Below, piece after piece: positions 24,738-32,444 of a DNA stretch of 47,109 nucleotides. The notes under the pieces were generated by a model. That model had not been told where the DNA came from. It saw nothing but the letters and a program-made list of their open reading frames with translations, and made no database searches. The stretch is from Actinomycetota bacterium (GTDB lineage Bacteria; Actinomycetota; Thermoleophilia; Miltoncostaeales; Miltoncostaeaceae), in contig CANJMX010000001.1 of the NCBI GenBank assembly GCA_947475125.1, positions 1-47,109 on the forward strand, written 5' to 3'. Position numbers and translations under genes: made by a program. Every line of letters begins with the position of its first letter. Positions within the stretch are counted from its first letter, which is position 1.

Positions 24738-25522
24738 AGTTCAACAGCCAGGTCGCGCTGCATCTTCCGGAAAAGAGCGTAGCCCCCTGCAAATACAGCC
24801 GCTCCCACGACGACGATGTAGATGAGCACGCTGGTCTCCGGCATGCGACCCCAGAAGAGCGTGTCCTGGATGGCCAGCACGAAGGGCGTCGCGAAGTTGG
24901 CGTACTTGAGGAGATCCAGCAGCCACTCGTGGGACGTCGCCAGGGGGAACGAGTCGAACGAGTAGAGGATGGGGGTGAGGAAGAACCAGGGAAGCAAAAG
25001 GGCGTTGACGATGTGCTCGGTATCCCGGAAGAACACGTTAAGTACCGACAGCGCAAGGGCGAGCCCGGCCACCAGCGCGCACGATGCCACGATGACGAGC
25101 GGCAGCAGCAGCATCACGAGTCTGCTGCCATCCATGAGCCAGAGATTGAGCGGGATGAGGATGGCAACCATGACGGCGGCGGTGATGCCCTGCGACACCA
25201 TCGCCGCCAGCGGCACGATCTGACGCGGGAACGCGACCTTCTTCACGAGATCGGCGTTGCCCACCAAGCTCGTCGCGGCCACGGTCATCGACCCGGTGAG
25301 AAAGGTCCAGAACGCAAGACCAGTGAGGATGAACAGCGGGTAGTGCGTGATGGACACGACTTGCCACACGACCGTGAAGACGAGCGTGTAGGCACCCATC
25401 ATCACGAGTGGGGTGATCAGGGTCCAGATAATCCCCAGCCACGAGCCTTTATAGCGGCCACGCACCTCGCGACGCACCAGATTGGCGAATAGCTGCCGAT
25501 TGTGGGGAGCGATAAATGACAT
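24734..25522 (-). CDS. wzm: ABC-2 type glycan-export permease (Wzm/TagG-type)
   Basis: The start is taken at ATG 25522 (MSFIAPHNRQLFANLVRREVRGRYKGSWLGIIWTLITPL..), the typical ABC-2 N-terminus, giving 262 aa. The stop overlaps the wzt start. The track ORF extends to 25690, but that extension has no support. Confidence 0.88.
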   Translation of the reverse strand: MSFIAPHNRQLFANLVRREVRGRYKGSWLGIIWTLITPLVMMGAYTLVFTVVWQVVSITHYPLFILTGLAFWTFLTGSMTVAATSLVGNADLVKKVAFPRQIVPLAAMVSQGITAAVMVAILIPLNLWLMDGSRLVMLLLPLVIVASCALVAGLALALSVLNVFFRDTEHIVNALLLPWFFLTPILYSFDSFPLATSHEWLLDLLKYANFATPFVLAIQDTLFWGRMPETSVLIYIVVVGAAVFAGGYALFRKMQRDLAVEL

Positions 25523-25530
25523 GACCGTGC

Positions 25531-25536
25531 ATCGTA
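25531..25536 (-). promoter_or_regulatory. Candidate -10 element (TACGAT) placed for a leaderless wzm transcript
   Basis: A TAnnnT hexamer on the minus strand lies 8 nt upstream of ATG 25522. Confidence 0.35.
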
Positions 25537-25608
25537 GCGATCGCTCGGGTGACACCGACACAATGGCTGCGACAGCCTGCCCGAGAAGTACGCTGTGGCC
25601 AACGCGGC

Positions 25609-25614
25609 TAGAAT
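25609..25614 (+). promoter_or_regulatory. Candidate -10 element (TAGAAT) for the NDP-sugar cassette operon
   Basis: The best -10-like hexamer in the 130-bp divergent spacer, 38 nt upstream of ATG 25653. Confidence 0.3.
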
Positions 25615-25652
25615 GTAAGGCGTGCCGGTACCAACCAGGGGTCCTGCAGGAA

Positions 25653-26630
25653 ATGACGACATTCGCCGTGACCGGAGCCGGCGGCTTCATCGGAAGCCAC
25701 CTCGTGGAGCGCCTGCTCGCCGACGGCCATGAGGTGCGTGCCCTCGTGCGCTACTCATCCACCTCATCCATCGGTTTCCTCGACGAGGCTGCCGTGCGCT
25801 GGCCGCAGGCACTCACAATCGAGGCCGGTGCAGTAGAAGACCCGGGTTGCATCAACCGGCTCGTCGACGGAGCAGACGTCGTGCTGCACCTGGCCGCGCT
25901 CATCGGCATCCCCTACTCGTACGTTGCGCCGCACCACTACGTACAGACCAACATCATCGGAACGGTCAACGTGCTCGAGGCCGTGCGCGAGACCGGCGTG
26001 GGGCGCATGGTGCACGTCTCCACCTCGGAGACTTATGGCACTGCCCAGTTCGTACCGATTTCCGAACATCACCCCGTGCACGCACAGTCGCCCTACGCCG
26101 CCACGAAGGCGGGCGCCGACCAGCTGGCGCTGTCATACGCTCGTTCATTCGACACCCCCGTCGTGGTTATCCGCCCGTTCAACACGTACGGCCCCCGTCA
26201 ATCTGCACGGGCATTCATCCCCACGGTCATCACTCAGGCGCTCGCGAGCGACGAGGTTCGGCTGGGGGCCATCTCGCCGCGCCGTGACCTCACCTACGTA
26301 GCCGACACCGTCGACGGCATGGTGCGAGCGGCGTTCGCAACGGGCGTTGAGGGGCTCGAGATCAACCTCGGCACCGGCGTATCCCATTCGGTCGGCGAGG
26401 TCGCCGAGCGCATCGTCGCCGCCGTCAATCCGGCCGCAATCATCGTGCACGACGAAGACCGCGACCGGCCAGCCCAGTCGGAAGTGCTGGAACTGCAGAG
26501 CGACATCACCCGGGCGCGTGAACTGCTGGGGTACGACCCACTGACCACGCTTGACCAGGGCCTCGCGTCCACAATCCAGTACATGCGCGACAACCTCGCC
26601 CGGTACCGCGTCGGCGAGTATCTCGTCTGA
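25653..26630 (+). CDS. NAD-dependent NDP-sugar 4,6-dehydratase/epimerase (extended SDR)
   Basis: The start is taken at ATG 25653 (MTTFAVTGAGGFIGSHLV), giving 325 aa. GxxGxxG is present, YxxxK is SPYAATKAGADQL, and RPFNTYGPRQSARAFIPTVITQ is also present. Confidence 0.85.
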   Translation: MTTFAVTGAGGFIGSHLVERLLADGHEVRALVRYSSTSSIGFLDEAAVRWPQALTIEAGAVEDPGCINRLVDGADVVLHLAALIGIPYSYVAPHHYVQTNIIGTVNVLEAVRETGVGRMVHVSTSETYGTAQFVPISEHHPVHAQSPYAATKAGADQLALSYARSFDTPVVVIRPFNTYGPRQSARAFIPTVITQALASDEVRLGAISPRRDLTYVADTVDGMVRAAFATGVEGLEINLGTGVSHSVGEVAERIVAAVNPAAIIVHDEDRDRPAQSEVLELQSDITRARELLGYDPLTTLDQGLASTIQYMRDNLARYRVGEYLV

Positions 26631-27343
26631 TGAGCAGGGCCGTCATCCTTGCCGGGGGTATAGGCAGCCGGCTGCGACCGTACACCACGATCATCCCCAA
26701 GCCGCTCATGCCTCTGGGCGAGCACCCCATACTGGAAATCCTGCTGCTGCAACTCGCCCGCCAAGGCTTCGAGCGCGTGGACCTGTGCATCGGCTACCTC
26801 GGCCACCTTATCCGCGCGTACTTCGGCGATGGCGAGCGCCAGGGAATCGCCATCGAGTACCACGAGGAGGAGACACCACTTGGCACGATGGGCGCGGTTG
26901 CCAATATCGGCGATATCGGCCCGGACGAGTCGATCCTGCTGATGAACGGCGACATCCTCACCGACCTCGACTTTGCGTCGGTGGTGGGGGCCCACGCCGC
27001 GTCGAGTGCAGGGGCCACCATCTGCGTCACGCGCCGCCGTGCCGACATGGAGTTCGGGGTCATCGAGGTGGACGACGCCGGCGACCTTGTCGCGTATCAC
27101 GAGAAGCCCAGTACCGAGGTGCTCGTGAGCATCGGGGTCAACGTCATCAGTGGCTCCCAGCTGCCCCTGCTCGAGCCCGGCGTCCGCACCGATGTACCCA
27201 CGTTCATGGAGCGCGTGCGCCACTCCGGCGGCCGGGTGCGCTGCCACGAGACCACCGGCTTCTGGCTCGACCTCGGGCGCATCGACGACTACCAGGCCGC
27301 AGCCGACCTCATCGCAGAGGACCCCACCCGGTTCCTTCCGTGA
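26630..27343 (+). CDS. Sugar-1-phosphate nucleotidyltransferase
   Basis: 237 aa. AVILAGGIGSRLRPYTTIIPKPLMPLG is the canonical G-x-G-x-R-L/PKP motif. The start overlaps the upstream stop by 1 nt. Confidence 0.85.
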   Translation: MSRAVILAGGIGSRLRPYTTIIPKPLMPLGEHPILEILLLQLARQGFERVDLCIGYLGHLIRAYFGDGERQGIAIEYHEEETPLGTMGAVANIGDIGPDESILLMNGDILTDLDFASVVGAHAASSAGATICVTRRRADMEFGVIEVDDAGDLVAYHEKPSTEVLVSIGVNVISGSQLPLLEPGVRTDVPTFMERVRHSGGRVRCHETTGFWLDLGRIDDYQAAADLIAEDPTRFLP

Positions 27344-28107
27344 GCGCTCGCACCATTCTGGTCACCGGCACAAACGGTGCTGTTGGCCAGCATGTCGCCG
27401 ATGTGCTGGAGGCCGACGGCCACCGCGTGGTGCGCCATGGGGGACGCGGAGATGGCGACCTCACATTGATATCGATTGTCGATCGGGTGCTGACCACGGC
27501 CCAGCCAGATGCCGTCGTGAACGCGGCGGGACGCACCTACGGATCCACACAGGAGATCTGGCGGTCGAACACGCTGATCCCGCTTCGCATCGCCGATGAA
27601 CTCGCCCGTTCGGCGCCGACGGCGCGGCTGGTGCTGCTCAGCTCGGCTGCCGTGTACGGCCTGGCACCCGGCCCCGATGTGGTGTTCCGCGAGGACGACC
27701 CCTGCATGCCCAACAGCGACTACGGCATGGCGAAGTTGGCGATGGAGCGAGTGGCGCCACTCATCCATACCAACACCGTCGCAGCGCGAATCTTCAACAT
27801 CGTCGGCGCCCACGCCGACCCACGAGCGCTCCTGCCACGCGTGCAGGCCGCGTACGACGCAGGCGAGTCGTCACCCGCGGGGTCCGGCGAGGTACGCGAC
27901 TGGATCCCGGTGAGGAGCGCCGCGCGCGCGCTCGCCGCACTTGCGGTCGGCGAGACGGTGCCCACGACCGTGAACATCTGCTTCGGTGTCGGTCGCACGC
28001 CCGCCGAGGTGCTCGGGCGCGGCACGACCAGCCCGTGCACGGGCTGGTCGGTGGGTGACCCGTCGCTTATGGTGCGGGCGACGGGTGTCGTGCCCGGCGC
28101 GGCCTAG
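27340..28107 (+). CDS. Short NAD(P)-dependent sugar-nucleotide reductase/epimerase (SDR)
   Basis: GTG 27340 overlaps the upstream stop (GTGA) and is in frame with the last 255 codons of track ORF 26551..28107. Motifs: ILVTGTNGAVGQHV and SDYGMAKLAMERV (YxxxK). Confidence 0.75.
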   Translation: MSARTILVTGTNGAVGQHVADVLEADGHRVVRHGGRGDGDLTLISIVDRVLTTAQPDAVVNAAGRTYGSTQEIWRSNTLIPLRIADELARSAPTARLVLLSSAAVYGLAPGPDVVFREDDPCMPNSDYGMAKLAMERVAPLIHTNTVAARIFNIVGAHADPRALLPRVQAAYDAGESSPAGSGEVRDWIPVRSAARALAALAVGETVPTTVNICFGVGRTPAEVLGRGTTSPCTGWSVGDPSLMVRATGVVPGAA

Positions 28108-30461
28108 CCGGGCAGGCCCAGCAGGCGCGCGTACGCCGCGACCGTTCCCTCCCACGACATCTGCTGGTGCACACGCGAACGGGCGCGATGGGCGATCTCG
28201 TCACGAAGCCACTCGGGTGTGTCCCGCAAGGCCAGCAGTGCGGCCGCCAGCGAACCGGGCCGCTCTGCCTCTGCCAGAAAGCCGGTGTGCCCCGGCACCA
28301 CCAGGTCGGGCACCCCGCCAACCGCCGTCGCCACCGGCACGGCGCCGCAGGCTGCTGCCTCCATCAGGGCAAGCGGGATGCCCTCCACGCGTGACGGCAG
28401 CACATAGGCGTCGAGTGCCTGCAGCATCGGGAGCTGATCGGGCTGGAAAGGCCGGACGACCACATCGACGCCAGCCGTCCGGATGGCCCGCTGCACGGCC
28501 GGCACGGCGGGGCCTTCGCCCTGCACCACGAACTGCGCGTCAACCTCGCCATGCACCATCCTGATCGCCGCGATGAAGTCCGGTAGGCACTTCTCGTCGG
28601 CCACGCGCCCCGCGTAGCCCCACAGCGGACGGGTGGGATCAAAACCCATGTCACGCTTGAGCGCCGCCCGTGTGATCGCCCCTGCCGGCCGGAAGCGCTG
28701 GGCATCGATACCGATGTACGTGGTCGTCACGCGGGAGGGGTCCTCGCCGAACCCACTCACCAGCAGGTCGCGGAGGCCGTCGTACGCACATACGGTCATG
28801 TCGATCCACGGGGCCATGCGCCGGTTTGACGCCAGATGCCCGAAGTCATTGAAGAGGATGTCCATGACGCGCACGCCGGGCAGCGCGGCGCGCAGGCCCG
28901 GAAGCCCGGCGTAGGCCTGCCATCCGCCGCAGATGATCACGTGCCCGGCGCGCTCGCGCCGGGCAATGCCGGCGAGCACCGATGGCAGCGGCTGGCCGGG
29001 CATGGCCTCGGGCGCGCAGGTGATGGCGGTGGCGAACGGGGCGATCATCTCGCGGCGATCACCCGGGCTCTGGTCGCCCGGGTAGGTGAGCACGACGTGC
29101 GCCCGCAGGCCGCGATCACGCAGCGACTCCACGAGGCCCGTAATGAAGATATCCGCGCCACCCGTGGTGAGCCACGGAAGCACGATGACCGCCGCCGACG
29201 CCTGCGCCCTGCGCCGGCGCACCTCGGCAGCGGCGCCACGGCGCAGGCGTCCAACAGCACCCACAGGAGGCTGCACGTACTGCTCGGGGCGGTCGCCGAT
29301 CAGCACCACGCCCGATGTCGCCGACCTCGTCGGGCCGTGGCCGATGACGGTGCCGTCGCGGATGATGGGAACGAGTCCGCTGCCAGGGGACGCCGATGCA
29401 TAGCCCGCCGGCGCCTGACCGGGCACCGGCTCGGCGGTGAGCCCGCCGTTCTGTGGCCGAACGAACAGCGCGCGGGTTCCGGGGCGACGTGCACGGAACA
29501 GCTGGGCACCCGCGACCTCCACGGCGTCCAAGGGCCGCATGGCCCCCGGATCCGCTGCCGGGGTTGGCGCACCAAGTGCCCACCCCAGCAACCGCTCCGG
29601 TGTGCCCGGCGGGACCTCCGCGTCGGCCTCAGCCAGCACCGGTCGGCCGTCAGGGGTGTGAAAGACCATCAGGGCGATACCGCCCGGCAGCCCATCGGGC
29701 ATGACCCACCCGAGGACGGGCGAGGCATCGTCCAACTGCACGGGTGCCGCCCCTGCCTTGGATTCGGCAAGCACGAACGCGAGTTGGCGCCAGGATGCGT
29801 CGGGGCGGCGTAGCCCGACCTCCGGTGCTGCGGGGTCATCGGGCTCCGGCACCCAGAGCGCAATCCACTCACGCCCGACGACATGACCGGGGTCGTCGGG
29901 CAAGGCTCGGCGGGCAACCGATCCGGCCAGGCAGAGCGAGGGATCGACCGCGGGCACGACGTCCGGAAGATCCTCAGGTGGTGGCACAGTAGCGCCACCC
30001 CTGATCGTGCGTCGCTCGACAACGACGCCGGCGCGGCGCAGGCACTCAGCGACCTCCACCCATGGGTCACCGCCACCGACGGGCAGCGTGCCTACGGCCA
30101 TCGCCGCACGACGTGAATCAAGCAGCAGCGCCACCGGACGAACAGACAGATCCACCGCATCGCCATCGAGCGCTGGGCCAAGGGCGGGTTCGCCCTCGCC
30201 GTGCCCGGGCATGAGCGCGATGCCACCAAGCGCTGGGCATGCAGTGGCTGCCAGCGCAAGAGAATCGATCACTGCCGCGGTGAACAATGCCGTCCAACCC
30301 GGGCGGACGATCACCACAAGCGGTGCGTCCGCACCACGCAGCATCGCGGCGAAGGCGTCGCCGACCTGTTCGCCCGGCGCGCTGCGTCTGACCTCGCATA
30401 CTGCAATGCCTGAGGTGGCAGGGGTTTCCGATAGGGTAGAAACAGTATTCATGGCCTCCAT
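28104..30461 (-). CDS. Large glycosyltransferase: ~420-aa N-terminal region of unknown function plus C-terminal GT4 domain
   Basis: The start is taken at ATG 30461 or 30452 (MEAMNTVSTL..). The track ORF start at 30734 would run through the divergent gene. GT4 part: AVIVLPWLTTGGADIF... and VLPSRVEGIPLALMEAAACGAVPVATAVGGVPDLV. The N-terminal part has no motif I can name. Confidence 0.75.
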   Translation of the reverse strand: MEAMNTVSTLSETPATSGIAVCEVRRSAPGEQVGDAFAAMLRGADAPLVVIVRPGWTALFTAAVIDSLALAATACPALGGIALMPGHGEGEPALGPALDGDAVDLSVRPVALLLDSRRAAMAVGTLPVGGGDPWVEVAECLRRAGVVVERRTIRGGATVPPPEDLPDVVPAVDPSLCLAGSVARRALPDDPGHVVGREWIALWVPEPDDPAAPEVGLRRPDASWRQLAFVLAESKAGAAPVQLDDASPVLGWVMPDGLPGGIALMVFHTPDGRPVLAEADAEVPPGTPERLLGWALGAPTPAADPGAMRPLDAVEVAGAQLFRARRPGTRALFVRPQNGGLTAEPVPGQAPAGYASASPGSGLVPIIRDGTVIGHGPTRSATSGVVLIGDRPEQYVQPPVGAVGRLRRGAAAEVRRRRAQASAAVIVLPWLTTGGADIFITGLVESLRDRGLRAHVVLTYPGDQSPGDRREMIAPFATAITCAPEAMPGQPLPSVLAGIARRERAGHVIICGGWQAYAGLPGLRAALPGVRVMDILFNDFGHLASNRRMAPWIDMTVCAYDGLRDLLVSGFGEDPSRVTTTYIGIDAQRFRPAGAITRAALKRDMGFDPTRPLWGYAGRVADEKCLPDFIAAIRMVHGEVDAQFVVQGEGPAVPAVQRAIRTAGVDVVVRPFQPDQLPMLQALDAYVLPSRVEGIPLALMEAAACGAVPVATAVGGVPDLVVPGHTGFLAEAERPGSLAAALLALRDTPEWLRDEIAHRARSRVHQQMSWEGTVAAYARLLGLPG

Positions 30462-30528
30462 CTCATCAGATAAACGGGACGTCGGGGGCGGACGGCGCGA
30501 GACAGGCCCGGCGCCAAATCCCTGCGTG

Positions 30529-31605
30529 ATGGTGCTTCTGCCGTGGTTGGGCGTAGGAGGCGCCGACCAGGTGGCCCTTGACCTGATCGCAGACCTCACT
30601 GCGGACGGTGTAGAGGTGATGGTCGCGACGACGCACCCGGCGTCGAACGACCGCGTAGATGACGCACGTGCACGCGGCGCCGACGTGCGGGTGCTCAGTG
30701 ATCTTGTGCCACGGGCCATGGTGACATGGGCCATCGTGGACCTTGCGCGACGACATCGGGTGGACGTGGTCCACGTGCTGAATAGCCGCGAGGGCTACGA
30801 CGCCATTCCTGCGCTGTCGCAGCTGGTTCCGGCTCCGCGGGTGGTGGCCCACCTACAGGGAGAGGAGGGGCCTGGTCGCGGGTACCCGCACTACGCCTGC
30901 GCTCTGTATGCGGGTGGCATCGACATGGCCATTGCGGTGTCCGACGACCTGGCCGGCATTGTCGAGGGGTACGGGATGCCACCCGACCGCATTCGCGTGG
31001 TGCGGCCGACCATCGACCTGCAGCACTTCATGCAGAGCCCATTCGACGGCGCTGCCGGACCACTCAGGGTGCTGATGCCCGCGCGCATCTCCGACGACAA
31101 GGACCCCCTGCTCGCGGTGCGGGCCATCGCCGCCGCACGCGAGGGCGGGCTGGACGTCACGCTGACGCTCGCCGGTGATGGTCCGCTCATGCCCGACGTG
31201 CGTCGTGAGGTGGCCCATCTGGGTCTCACCGACCAGGTGTCACTGCCCGGCATCGTTGATGACATGGCCACTGCGTATGCGTCGCACGACGTGGTGATGC
31301 TCACCAGCCGCTTCGAGGCCTCGCCCCTCGCGATCTGCGAGGCGATGGCGTGCGGGGTGCCGGTGGTCGCCCCTGCAATCGGTGGCATCCCCGAGTTAGT
31401 GGGCGATGACGCCGGAATCCTGGTGTCCGAGCGCGCTCCGGCGGCGATCGCTGCCGCCCTTGCTGCGCTGGCCGACCCGCATACACGCGAGGCGATCGGG
31501 CGAAGAGGTCGGCAACGGGCCGAGGCTCTTCTCTCGCGCAATGCCACGAGCGACGCCATGCGTACGGCCTACCGCGACCTGCTGGCGCTGCCGGAGGCTG
31601 TATGA
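30529..31605 (+). CDS. GT4-family glycosyltransferase
   Basis: MVLLPWLGVGGADQVALDLIADL.. parallels the start of the GT4 domain in 28104..30461. GT4 motif: MLTSRFEASPLAICEAMACGVPVVAPAIGGIPELV. Alternative starts are GTG 30526 and ATG 30451. Confidence 0.8.
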   Translation: MVLLPWLGVGGADQVALDLIADLTADGVEVMVATTHPASNDRVDDARARGADVRVLSDLVPRAMVTWAIVDLARRHRVDVVHVLNSREGYDAIPALSQLVPAPRVVAHLQGEEGPGRGYPHYACALYAGGIDMAIAVSDDLAGIVEGYGMPPDRIRVVRPTIDLQHFMQSPFDGAAGPLRVLMPARISDDKDPLLAVRAIAAAREGGLDVTLTLAGDGPLMPDVRREVAHLGLTDQVSLPGIVDDMATAYASHDVVMLTSRFEASPLAICEAMACGVPVVAPAIGGIPELVGDDAGILVSERAPAAIAAALAALADPHTREAIGRRGRQRAEALLSRNATSDAMRTAYRDLLALPEAV

Positions 31606-32444
31606 GCCGACGGACATTGCTGGTGACCGAGCGGCTGACGCCCTCGCCGCGGCTGGCCATCGCGTGCTCGCTGGCACTGGGCGATTCAATCGAACTCGCG
31701 TCGTTCGCCAACGGTAGGGCGCCCGCATCCGCACTTGCTGCACGCATGGGCCTACCTCACCGGGCCCTTCGCGCGGCGCACCCGCCAAATGATGAGGCAG
31801 CCCTACTGGGGGCCTGCCAAGCGATGGGCGCAGAGCGCATCATCGTTTGGGACTGCCCGCGTGCGGCGCTGGCATTCCACGCGATACGCGGCAATGGCAT
31901 GCTGACCTCGGTCGAGTACGTGTTGCCCGCCGAAGGATCGTCGACGTGGGACGAGGCGCGCATGGTCGCGATGCGTGGCGCAAATCTCGTGAGCACCTTT
32001 CACGTCGAAGACGAGGTGACCCGACGGATGCTTGAGGACGTCGGCGTGCCGTCACACCGAATCGCGCTGGTGCCGGTGCCCGAGCCGGTGGCGACCGCGC
32101 GACCACATGCCCGGGTGCTGGTGCTGGGAGACGAGGGCGGGGACCGCCGCTGCGAACATATTGCAGGTGAATTGCGTCGCGTCGGGGCCACTGCCGTCGC
32201 CGCACGCCCTCAGGCGCTTCTCGCCGCTGCCCTTGGCTGGACCCCACGGGGAGGCACGTTTGTCATCGCGGACGACCTCGTGCAGTCGTGGGCGCTACTC
32301 GAGGCCGCAGCCGCATGCGGATGGAACGTGTTCGTCACCGCGACAGCCAACGGCGGACGGATTCCCGATGCGCGCTGGCTGGGAACCCTGCCTGCCGATC
32401 CCGTGCTCGCGGTGCAATCCCTCGTCGGGGAGACATCGCAATGA
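31602..32444 (+). CDS. Compact, degenerate GT-B-like protein (possibly non-catalytic)
   Basis: 280 aa, with ATGA overlaps at both ends. The layout follows GT4 (RRTLLVTERL.., ..ANLVSTFHVEDEVTRRMLEDVGVPSHRIALVPVP.., ..SWALLEAAAACGWNVFVTATANGG). The nucleotide-binding and E-x7-E signatures are not intact. Confidence 0.55.
   Translation: MSRRTLLVTERLTPSPRLAIACSLALGDSIELASFANGRAPASALAARMGLPHRALRAAHPPNDEAALLGACQAMGAERIIVWDCPRAALAFHAIRGNGMLTSVEYVLPAEGSSTWDEARMVAMRGANLVSTFHVEDEVTRRMLEDVGVPSHRIALVPVPEPVATARPHARVLVLGDEGGDRRCEHIAGELRRVGATAVAARPQALLAAALGWTPRGGTFVIADDLVQSWALLEAAAACGWNVFVTATANGGRIPDARWLGTLPADPVLAVQSLVGETSQ

Noticed and set aside
25622-25732. GTG 7 nt downstream of the TAGAAT hexamer opens a 36-codon ORF out of frame with the dehydratase gene (a possible leaderless small ORF)
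   Set aside because: It runs 80 nt into the SDR coding sequence in another frame. The translation (VPVPTRGPAGNDDIRRDRSRRLHRKPP..) looks like frame noise. Unlike the 15632 uORF, it has no stop/start coupling to the main gene.
26294-27247. 317-aa minus-strand ORF antisense to the dehydratase and nucleotidyltransferase genes
   Set aside because: Shadow ORF. The plus strand carries canonical GxGxR and SDR motifs.
26551-27339. 5' 263 codons of the 518-aa track ORF 26551..28107
   Set aside because: This part overlaps the nucleotidyltransferase gene in another frame and translates to Arg/Pro/His-rich sequence. The real SDR gene starts at GTG 27340 (GTGA junction).
28836-29813. 325-aa plus-strand ORF inside the large GT4 gene
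   Set aside because: Arg/Gly/His-rich antisense translation with no domain.
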